Below, in pieces: positions 47,848 through 59,800 of a DNA stretch of 64,000 nt. Below the pieces are notes generated by a model. It did not search any database and was not told the DNA's origin. It saw only the letters and a program-made list of their open reading frames with translations. Location: positions 8,058,515-8,122,514 of the forward strand of contig CAJINV010000005.1 in NCBI GenBank assembly GCA_905178155.1. The letters are read 5' to 3'. The DNA comes from Amoebophrya sp. A120. Taxonomy: Eukaryota; Protista; Dinoflagellata. A program made the translations under genes and the position numbers. Every line of letters starts with the position of its first letter. Positions within the stretch are counted from its first letter, which is position 1.

Positions 47848-50800
47848 CTACTTCGCAGCATTCGTCATGTGTTATCAAAAGGAAAAATCCCCTCTCCCCA
47901 TATCAAAACGGAACTTCTGCTGCTGGATCTGCATACACAAACGAGGTCTGTCTTGCTGTAAGGAATTGTGGCCAGATAGTTAGGCTGTTTAGGAGCGCAC
48001 GGGTCTAGCTGTAGAGCATGAGAAAACGCCTGCCCTGTAGGCCAACCAGCATGACAAATCGCGCCCATAATGCGGCTCATCCCCCAGCGCTTACCTTCTT
48101 GCAAGACAAAAATGATTTGTGGCCACGAATCTGCATCACAAATTTTCCGAAGGATGCCTTTTCAATATGGGGAGGGGGGATTTTTCCTTGCAATATGTGT
48201 TTCATCTGTTTCAGCGAAATAATCTCGCCCGCCGCGATCCACTTGACGCCGTCCCGGACCGCAACCACTTGAAGTATCAAATGCAAAAATGTCTGGGTCT
48301 GGAAACTTGTGATGCTTAGTGGCGTAGCATGAGGAGGCCACAAGTGCTGGCTCAGCATGACAAACTTCTGAGCTTGTAGGTGTTGCCTATTCTGCATGAC
48401 AAATTGCGTCTCCGCATGACAGAAAAATGCGGCTCTTGGGCAACGTGCATGACAGATGTAAAGAGTTGTCATGCCAGACAAGCATGACAAACATGCATTC
48501 TTCCAGACCCAGACATTTTTACATTTGATATGAAGACCCGGAATGCAAATGTCCTTCCGCCGCAAAAACACCACGCCGCAGCAGTACTCGTTTTCGCAAA
48601 TCTTCGTGGCCCAGGCAATCCGGACGTTTTGCCGGCTGGAATGGAGATACAGCAGAAAGTATCCCACGCAAAAACTGTTTCACTGTGATGATTTTGCAAG
48701 TTCTGCATCACAAGTTTGCTCCACATCACAAAAGAGCTTGCCATGCAAGCCACCCAAGGAAAAACGCGCCTAAAAATGCTTTGTCTTTCATGTGCAGCAA
48801 GACAAACACGTCTGCGATACACTTCATGCATTACAAGTTCACAGTGAAACAGTTTTTTCTTCCGATACAAAGTGATCGTCTTTCTGGAGCACGGTGTTGC
48901 CCGCTATCAAATGCAAAAATGTCTGGGTCTGGAAGGATGCAAGGTTTGTCATGCACGCTTTGCATGACTCCTGAAGTCTGTGACGCATGCTCTAGCATCA
49001 CAGATTTTGTGAGGGCTTCCTGATGCCTATACCGCATGAGAAATGCCCTCTCGCCGTGGCAAAAACTGGACCTCTTTTGCTGTTCACGCAATACAGATTT
49101 TTGTAGAATCCAAATTCAGCATCACAAGTTGCATCCTTCCAGACCCAGACATTTTTACATTTGCTACCCGCCGACGCGGGACCACTGGCTGTTCCCGCAA
49201 TTATCTGCTGCTGCTGCTGCTGTATCAAATGCAAAAGTGTCTGGGTCTGGAAGAGTGTAAACTTGTCATGCAGGTTTCCCATGACTCGCGAGGTCTGGAA
49301 TGCGGGGCCTAGCATGACAGTGTCTGTGAGGTCTCTGCCATGCCTATCCTGCATGAGAAACGCCCTCCAAACTTGGTCGAAAGTGGAGACCTTTTGGCAC
49401 TCATGCAACCCAGATTTCTGCATGATTCAGATTTAGCATGACAAGTTGCAATCTTCCAGACCCAGACATTTTTACAATCCATATGCTGCTGCCGCGGACT
49501 ACAGGCCAGCTGATGCGGGTCGTCTAACAGTCGCAGTTTCACGTGGCAATACCGGCGGAAGTAGCAGGAGAGTTGCGTTTGCGTCCGGTCCAAATTGTCC
49601 TGGTTGCAGCTGTAGAGCCAGACGCCGGACCGGATCAACCGGTGGTAGTTCGTCAGCGAACTGTTTTGTCTTTTCAATTGCCGCGATGATCTGGTGCGAT
49701 TCGATGATGTCAGCAGCTGTCGCGAAGAGGTTGTGGATGTCGCTGTACAACTACCTGCTGCGACGGCGGTTCCCGCAACAGAAGTTTCGTCCGACGCGGT
49801 GCCGGTGGCCGCCGTGGTACTGGAAGTGGTATTCCCTCCGCCAGTATCAACTGCGAATATGTCTGGGTCTGGAAGAGAAGTGCAAGACCTGTCATGCAGA
49901 TTTTCTATGACCCGTGAGGTCTGGAATGCAGGACCTAGCATGACAGATGCTATAAGATCTCTATCATGCCTGTCCTGCTCAACTTGGTCAAAAGTGGGCA
50001 ACTTTTGGTTGTAGTAGTCACGCAACACAGATTTTTGCATGATTCAGACTTAGCATGACAAGCTCCAGTGTTCCAGACCCAGACATAATATTTGCGATTC
50101 ATATCCAGCCGAGTTGTTGCTGTCCTCTCCTGCGCAGTTGCCGCTCCCTTGATGTGTCGCTGTTGTCGTTTTCGGTGGAGGTGGGCACAGTTTCAGTTGC
50201 ACGGTGCAGCTTTGCCCAGTCGTCAGCACGTTCACCGGTTGCCGTTGCAGGGTCCGGATGGACACCACCTGCACGCGGAGCTCTTCGTCCTCCGGGTTTC
50301 TTCGATTTTTCCCTTTTATTTCACCCCGCTGTTTCTGCTATCAAATGTAAAAATCCCTGGATGTCTGGAAGAGTGCGCGATTTGTCATGCTGCTTTTCCA
50401 TGACCCATGAGGTCTGGAATGCAGGACCTAGCATGACAGACTCTGTGGGATCTCTCTCATGCCTATCCTGCATGAGAAACTCCCTCCCGACTTGGTCAAA
50501 ACTGGACGACTTTTGGTAATCATGCAACACAGATTTTTGCATGCTGCAGATTTAGCATGACAAGTTGCATTCTTCCAGACCCAGACATTTTAACACTTGA
50601 TATCTGCGACAGAGATCCTCGTCCTCCCGCAGTTATAACCCGCTCAGGTGTTACAATATTAGACGTTACAATAGAATATGGAAATCTGTGATGCAATAGG
50701 TGCATTATCTAGCCAACCATCATAGGATTGCGCATGACAAGCTCCTGAGTCCCAAGCCGCACTACAACAATCTGGCGCAATTTGTATTGCAGAAAGTGGA

Positions 50801-53800
50801 ACGCTCTGCGTGTCTGTCATGCTCATCATGCAAGACAAATCCCAGATTCTATTGTAACGTTTGAGATTGTAACGTTTGAACAGGTCATAGCAGTTGTAGT
50901 TGTTTTTGAACTGCTGGTCGTGTTCGATGCGGTCTATGGATTGCAAAAATGTCAGGGTCTGCAAGATTGCAACTTGTCATGCTAAATCCGAATCATGCAG
51001 AAATCTGTGTTGCATGAGTGCCAAAAGCTGTCCATTTTCGACCAAGTTTGGAGGGAGTTTCTCATGCAGGATAGGCATGGCAGAGACCTCACAGACACTG
51101 TCATGCTAGGTCCCGCATTCCAGACCTGATGGGTCATGGAAAACCTGCATGACAAGCTTACACTCTTCCAGACCCAGACATTTTTGCATTTGATACGGTC
51201 GTTTTGGACACGACCTTCCTCGGACCACTAATATCCGAATTATCCGCGTTATTTTCTGTCGAGTACGCACTTGTGTTGCTGCTCGCCCTTACCCTTTTCC
51301 TCCGATTAGCCGCCGCACCAAAGGTGGACGAAGTAGGACCACTGCTGTTCATCCCCGGTCGCTCTATCGGGCCGAGTTTGAAAACATCTCCCTTCTTCAA
51401 CGTGCCCACCGTGTTGCCGCCAACGACTAAATACCCCGAATGCTCATCCGTGGTCTTGCAAACAAAGTCGATTACCAGCTTCACGTATCAACTGCAAAAA
51501 TGTCTGGGTCTGGAAACTTCTAATGCTGCATTGGGAATAGTGAATGCTCTGTAATGCACAGGCAAGCATGAGAAATATCTGCGCTTCTTTGTGTTGCGTT
51601 TCTCGCATGACAAACTGCGTTTTTGCATGACAGGCAAAAGGGTCTCTTCTTGGACACGCATCACAGACTTTTTGGTCACGCCAGACAAGCATGACAAATC
51701 TCAAAATCTTCCAGACCCAGACATTTTTGCATTTGATATCACGCCGTAGAAACCGAGAAACGACGGCTGGATGGAGAAAAAGTTCGGGTGGGTTAATAAG
51801 AACTCGAGTAGCCCGAAGTTGTACCGGGTCACGCAATATGCATTGCAAAAGTATCGTATTCGTATAAATGCAAGTCTTGCATTACAAGTCTTTATCCTAA
51901 CTGAAATCCGCATTACAAATTTTCTGTCTCATGCTGAGAAAATTATTTGTAATGTATTTATACGAGTACGATACTTTTGCAGTTCATACGCAGCTGACGG
52001 CGAGAACAGGGATTTTCCGGTTGCTGTGGTACTTCGTTTGCGGGTTCTGATATCAACCGCAAAAGTGTCTGGGTCTGGAAGAGTTCCAAATGTGTCATGC
52101 AGGTCTTCCATGACCCATGAGGTCTGGTATGCATGACCTAGCATCACAGACTCTTAGAGGGCTTCCTCATGCACCTTCCGAATGAGAAATGCCCTGTCCG
52201 TGTAGCAAAAAGCTGGACCCCTCGTCTTGCTGGTCATGCAATACAAACTTTTTTAGAGTTGTCCCTAAACAGCATGACAAGTTGCAACCTTCCAGACCCA
52301 GACATTTTTGCATTTGATATCTGAAACTCGTCGTTGTAGGTTATATATGAACTGCAAAAGTATCGTAGTAGTACAAATTGCATTACAAATTTCCCCAGCA
52401 TGAGAAATAAAATCTGTAATGCTGATTTACCTTAAGAAAAAAATTTGTAATGCAGGACTTGCATTTATACGAATACGATACTTTTGCACAGGATATTATA
52501 CCCGGTTTGTTGATCGTTTTCATTTATGCCCGGCAAATATGTCTGGGTCTGGAAGTAGCTTGTGATGCTAGTTTGTGCATGGTGGGCGCACTTCGTTACG
52601 CAGCCACGCATGACAAGTTTCCGAGCTCCTATGTGTTTCGCTTCCCGCATGACAAACTGCGTTTTGCGTGACAGGTAAGAGGCTGCTTTCCTGCTCATGC
52701 ATTACAGATTCAAGAGTCATGTGAGTAGACAAGCATGACAAACTTGCATTCTTCCCGACCCAGACATAGTTGCAGTTGATATCATTTTTCTCAGGAACAG
52801 ATTGATGTCCTTCTCCTTCTGCACGAGGGTGAAATTCTGCTGGAAATACTCCGTTTTCGTGAAATTTTCCTGGAACGAGTGGGAGGACTCGATCGCCTTC
52901 AGGGACTTGATGGAGTTGTGGTAGATGATCTTACTGTTTGCGGAGATAATTATGTTGCTAGAGCCGGTACTACAACTAGTGGGAACTGCGCCGGTGCCAC
53001 CTGCTGTCGTGTTTCCCTGCGCAGCAGACTCGGTGGAGATCGTTTTCTCGATTTGGCTGGTAGTATTACCCGCCTGCTGATCATCTTCTTCCGCAGTAGT
53101 CATTATGTCGCTCCTGTGCAACATCTTCAATCCGGATGTGCTCTTGTTACAACCCTCGTCTGTTTTTATCCTCTCCGCAATTTTCGCATGGTCCTGTAGT
53201 AAGATTTCGATCTGTTTCGACGTTTTTGAAGTTTCCTCTTCCACCTCGATCTTCATCTTCTTCGTCCACTCCTCCTTTCGCTGCCGCTTCTGCTCCAGCC
53301 AACTATACCTTTCCGCCAGCACCTCCGATGCTATCCAAGAAGAAAACATTGTAGGTGTAACTTTTTTGGAGGAACAGCATTACAAATTTGTCTGGCATGA
53401 CAGCAAAAATCTGTCATGCGCAGATAGTACGCGAAACGCCCTTGAATGGACCCCACGATGCAGGCTCAGCATGACAGGCGCAATCAATTTGCATGCTGCG
53501 CATCACAAATTTACACTAACAACGTTTTTTTCTTGGATAGACGCCTGGCTGCTGATACTATCTTCGGACCAACGACGGTTGTTGTATCAAAAGAAAAAAG
53601 TTCGTCACGATCACTCATGGGCATTTTTGCAATACAAAAAACGCCTGTCATGCGTGAACATGCATCACAGCCAAAATGCATGCGGGATTTCCCTTAGTGG
53701 TTCTGCAATACAAGGAAAAGCTGTGATGCTAAAAAAATTTGTAATGCAAAGCCTCCAAGTTAGTGACTGTGACCACGAACTTTTTTCTCTCCATATGTTG

Positions 53801-56800
53801 TTTCTAGGCGCTAATATCCTAGTGTCTGAGTCAACCGGCTGCAACACCTCGTCTGTGAGGGAAATCGTCTTCCGAATTTGGTGAGGTTGCTGCTGCTGGT
53901 CGAGGTGAGGAATAGAAGCTACTGCGCCTCCTTGGAAGTAGGAACAAGAGGAGGGACCACAAGAACTCGTCGGAGCTCCTCCTGCGGCTGGCATGACATC
54001 GCTCGCGGCCCCGGAACTAGAAAACGATGGCTGCAGGAATTTCGGCGGCGTGACGCCGGCAGAGAAAGTCAAAGCCTTCGCGTGTCGCGGTCGTTTATCA
54101 ACTGCAAAAATGTCTCCTGGGTCTGGAAATGGCTCATAAGGTTTAGAATGCAGCACCTAGCATGACAAATTCAGTGACATCTCTATCATGCCTATCCTGC
54201 ATGAGAAGTTCCCTCTCCACTTGGTAAAAAAGGACGGCTGTTGGTAATCACGCAACACAGATTTTTTTGCAGATTCAGATTTAGCATGACAATTTGCAAC
54301 CTTCCAGACCGAGACACATTTGCAATGCGTATCGCTGCCGTCTGGTTTTCCTCGGGACCACGATCGCGGCCTTCTCCGGGCTGCTATTCACGGAGAACAA
54401 ATCTTCATCCAAAAAGCTGCTCTGCGATTCTATCCTAAACCGCTCCCCCCGCCAATTGGGCGGCGTGTTGGAGCCGACTAGGGGGGAATCTGGACGGAGC
54501 GGCACCGCTGCACCCACGGGTGGCGCTGGTGCTGGTGCGTTACTGCTACTGCTCAAATTCTGTTTCAGCAGGTTGATCTTGTTTCCTCGGGTGGAAGTGG
54601 AACTGGCAATCTTCGACACTTCGCGACTACTTGTTGCGTTGTCTGTGGATGTATCAAATGCAAAAATGTCTGGGTCTGGAAGAGTGTAAGCTTGTCATGC
54701 AGGTTTTCCATGACCCATCAGGTCTGGAATGCAAGACCTAGCACGACAGTGTCTGTGAGGTCTCTGCCATGCCTATCCTGCATGAGAAACGCCCTCCAAA
54801 CCTGGTCCAAAGTGGACAGCTTTTGGCACTCATGCAACACTGATTTCTGCATGATTCGGATTTAGCATGACAAGTTGCAATCTTCCAGACCCAGACATTT
54901 TTGCGATCCATAGGAAGACTGCTGCGTGGTAAGTTCGGAGCCCGAAGGTTCTTCTTGTTGGTCTATCCTGTGCAAAAGTATCGTACTCGTATAAATGCAA
55001 GTATTGCATGACAAATCTTGTTCCCAAGGCAAATCTGCATTACAAATTTTATTTCTCATGCTGAGGAAATTTGTAATGCATTTATACGAGTACGATACTT
55101 TTGCACTGCATATGGTCCGGTGCTACACTTCGGCCTTGATCAACATGCTGATTTGTGTTGCACAAAGGAGAAGATGGCGTCGCATCAGCAGCAGCAGCAG
55201 TACCTTCTTTTTCCCGACGACCACCCGCGCCATCCTCGATCTCGCTCTGCGTTTCGTCCAAAAACGTGGTTTCCGAAAAATCCTGCTCCAGATTGTGAGC
55301 CTCGACGTCTGCGTTCGCTCTTTGTAGTTCATCCCGCTTCAATTTCCGTTCCTCTAACACCTCCAGCTGGTCCAAAAACTCCTCTTCTTCGTCACTCAAG
55401 CTTCGTCTCTTCGATCGACAGCTGGCGCCTATCCTGTGCAAAAGTATCGTATTCGTAGTAATCGCAATGGTGCATTACAAACCTTTTTCCTAAGGTTAAT
55501 CAGCATTACAGATTCCATTTCTCATCATGCTGAGGAAACTTGTATTGCGATTTATACTAGCACGTATACTTTTGCAATTCATAGTACCGTCGGGATTGAT
55601 GGTCCTGGACGACCCGTTATCCAAGGAAAAAAGTGTGTAGGTGTAACTTTTTTGCAGGACCAGCATCACAGATTTGTTTTGCATGACACAGAAAACCTGT
55701 CATGTGTAGCTAGTACTTGAAAACACGTACGAAAATAGCCTCTGATGCATGTCCAGCATGACAAGTGTAAACAGTTTTGCATTTTCTGCAACACAAAGTT
55801 ACACTTACACAGTTTTTTCTTGCGATACCCGTGCCGGTTTCTCACCGCTAGTTCCTTCCTCCATCCTGTGCAAAAGTATCGTACTCGTACAAATGCAAGT
55901 CTTGCATTACAAATTTTTCTCGTAAGGTAAATCCGCATGACAAATTTTATTTCTCATGCTGAGTTAACTTGTAATGCATTTATACGAATACGATACTTTT
56001 GCACAGGATATCCTCAACTCCGCGACCTTTTCCAGCCTTTCCCGTCGCGCTCGTTTCCTTCCTCTCCGGGATAATTCCTTCCACTCCGGCGATTTTTCGT
56101 CGATTTCTTGCACGTCGATGTTCATCTGTTTTATCAGCTCGGTCAACTCCTCTTCCTTCTGTTTCTGCTGCTGCCGCATCTTCTCCTGCTTCAGCCTTTT
56201 TTGCTCCACGGCAGTCATTATCAAATGTAAAAATGTCTGGGTCTGGAAACTTGTGATGCTGGGTGGCGTCTCATGATGAGGCTACAAATGCTGGCTCAGC
56301 ATGACAAGTTTCTGAGCTCCTAGGTGTTGCCTATTCTGCATGACAAACTGCGCTTCTGCATCACAGAAAAACGGAGCTCTTGGGTAACGTGCATGACAGA
56401 TTTAAGAGTCATGCCAGACAAGCATGACAAACATGAATTCTTCCAGACCCAGACATTTTTACACTTGATAGTCATCTTCCTTTTGTTGTTGTTGTTTTCC
56501 CCATTGAATTATGCATTGCAAATATGTCTGGGTCTGAAAGAGTCGCCGGGGCATGTCATGCACATTTTGCATAACCCGTGAGGTCTGTGATGGTGGTGCT
56601 AGCATCACAGATTTTTTGAGACGAGCTTGTTGGTGCTAATTACGCATGAGAAATGTCCTCTCCGCGTACCAAGAACTGGTCTCCTCTTGCTGCTCATGCG
56701 AGAACACAGATATTTTTAGAATCCACAGACGGCATGACAAGTTCCAATCTTCCAGACCCAGACATATTCGCAATCCATATGGAAGAATTCTTGCTCCCCG

Positions 56801-59800
56801 TCCTAGATTTGTTGTGCACTGGCGTGCTGAAAAACGATGTCGAAATCGCTGCTGCTGATATCTTGCCCGGAGAAGTGGTGTAGGTTTCCAGCGGGTCAGA
56901 TTCCTATCAAATGCAAAAATGTCCTGGTCTGGAAGTAGATTCTGAGACCTGTCATGCATGTTTTGCATGACCAAAAAGTTTGCCATGCGTGTCCAAGAAG
57001 AGACCCTCTGTTTTGCCTGTCATGCAAGGAAGCAGTTTGTCATGCGAAAAACGCAACACAAAGAAGCGCTGACTTTTCTCTTGCTTGGCTGTGCATTACA
57101 GAGCATTCACTATTCCCAACGCAGCATCACAAGTTTCCAGACCCAGACATATTTGCACTTCATAATTCCAGCCACGTGTCAACGTGGTCGTGCTCGCCAA
57201 ATTGCCCGCCGAATAACGATTATCCCGTGCAAAAGTATCGTACTCGTATTGCGATCATGCATTACAAGTCTTTTTTTATAGGTAAATCCGCATTACAAAT
57301 TCTATTTCTCATGCTGAGGAAATTTGTAATGCATTTATACGAGTACGATGCTTTTGCAGTTTATAGCGATCCGAGGTCGTCGAAAGAGTTCAGGTTTTCA
57401 ACGACTGCCGATGTTGATGTGTTGCTGGTCATGCTACTGGGATGATGATGATGATGATGATGAACACTGGTCGACGGCTGCTGGTGGAGGTGCAGCTCCC
57501 CCGTTGGAGTTGGACGAGGTTGAAAATGGTTACCATAGCTCGACGACGTAGTTGCAGCACCAATCACTCCCGTGGTTGCCACGCCACCGCGGCATCGCGG
57601 GTTGAAGCCAAATTTATTCGCAGCAGCAGCTGCAACATCCGGCGCAGGAGCTGCAGATGGAGATAGTAGAGACGAGGAAATGTTCATTTGTAATGCTGTG
57701 GTTCCTATCAAATACAAAAATCTCTGGGTCTGGAAGGTTGTAACTTGTCCTGCTAAATCCGAATCATGCAAAAATCTGTGTTGCATGAGTGCCGAAAGCT
57801 GTCCACTTTCGACCAAGTTGGTAGAGAGTTTCTCATGCAGGATAGGCATGACAGAGACTTCACAGAGTCTGTCATGCTAGGTTCCGCATTCCAGACCTCG
57901 TGGGCCATGGAAAACCTGCATGACAAGTTTACAATCTTCCAGACCCAGACATTTTTGCAATCCATAATTCCTATCCCAGTAACCGCGTCACTGTCATTCG
58001 CGGTGGTGAAACTGTTGTTAATGTGACCGCTGAACGTTATCAAATGCAAAAATGTCTGGGTCTGGAAGGATGCAACTTGTGATGCTACCTTTGGACTCTA
58101 CATAAAATCTGTATTGCATGAACAGCAAAAGAGGCGTAATTTGTGCTACGCGGAGAGGGCATTTCTCATGCGGTATGAGCATCAGAGACCCCTTGCAAAA
58201 TCTCTGATAATAGGGCATGCATCACAGACCTCATGGGACATGCAAAATCTGCATGACAAACTCCTGCATTCTTCCAGACCCAGACATTTTTGCAATCCAT
58301 AAACGTAGTTGTGGTCCCATTTTTTCTGCTGCTATTTACCGGGCTGGTCAACATCGTCCCACTACTGGCGTAGCTCATCGACGAGGTGGAATTATACTGC
58401 TCTCCAGAAGTAGTAGATGCACCACCAGTTCCCCCACCGTAGTAAAAGTCGCACTTCGTCAGCACCACCATCAGCCTCCTATCCAACGCCTTCGCCAATT
58501 CCACATACTTCTTAAATTCGTTCGAAAACGGCTGGCGGCCGTCGTGGACGAGCAGCAACGGTGTGAAATTGTTGCAACCGAGAATCCCGCGCAGCGTGGT
58601 TTTCATATACCGAACATCCCCCGGCACGTCCAACAATTCGCAGGCTATGCAAGAAAAAAACTATGCAAGTGTAAGTCTGTGATGCATAAGTACGTAACAC
58701 AACTATCACTTGTCATGCTAGCCAGCCATGAAGTCCTCTCTCATACGTGTTTTCACTAATACTAGCTGTGCATGACAGGCTTTCTCTGCCATGCGCAGCA
58801 GATTTGTCATGCTGTCATCCCAAGACACCTACACTGACACAGTTTTTTCCTGGATACAGGTCGTCTGCTGGGTACTGCTGTTCTGCCGCAGCTGCTCCGC
58901 ACTGGTTGACATGTTGTTCTGCTGATTCATCGAGGAAAACAAATGTTTCGATTATCCTGAGTAAAAACGGGGCCCACACCCCAGAGTTGTCATGCAGATG
59001 TACAATTACAGAAAACGTTTGTAATACGCAGCCCCATGAGAGGCATTTCTAATCGTGTTTTGGAATTTGCAATGCCGTAAACAGGAGAAGAGAGTAGCTT
59101 TCTCATGCGGCTTTCCTTGCCAACCAGCACTACGCTGCAGAGGGAAACTTGTCATGCACAGCTCCCAAAACTTGAAGATTTGTGTTGCTAGATTCCCAAC
59201 TTGACTATGGTGGGGACGTTTTCGCTTGGGATATCGAAATCGAGCTGGTTACCCCGCCCGACAGAACCTCGTGCGGGAATTGAAGAACTAAGGACCTTAT
59301 GGATTGCAAATAATAATGGTCTGGAAATAAAGTGGAACTTGTATTGCTTTTCTGGCATTCCTGTAAAATCTGTGTTGCACCATGACCAACAAAAGCGCGA
59401 CCTTTTATTGCGTGATGTTAATGTTATGCGCGCTACGCCGCATGAAAAGCAGCTCAAAATATTTGTCATGCTTGGCGGCACTAGGAAGGCTGTTGTATTT
59501 ATGATCATTCAGCATCACAAGTTTTAGTTTCCACAGACCGAGACCACATGTTTGCATTTGATAGACCTCGCTAGACCCGACCCGTTGTCGCAGCTGTTGG
59601 TGGTGGGGATGTCCTTAGTTAAACACCCGATCAGGGACGACTTCCCGACGTTGTTCGGGCCGCAGAAAACCACTCGGGACTTCACTAGTTTTTGCTGGAG
59701 ATCGCGCTTTGCCTGCAAGGTGGTCGAAGAAGATTTTCGGTGGTAGTAGTCCTCGGAGGTTTGATGTTTCGAGTTACTGTTTCCAGAAGGTAGAGTGGAC

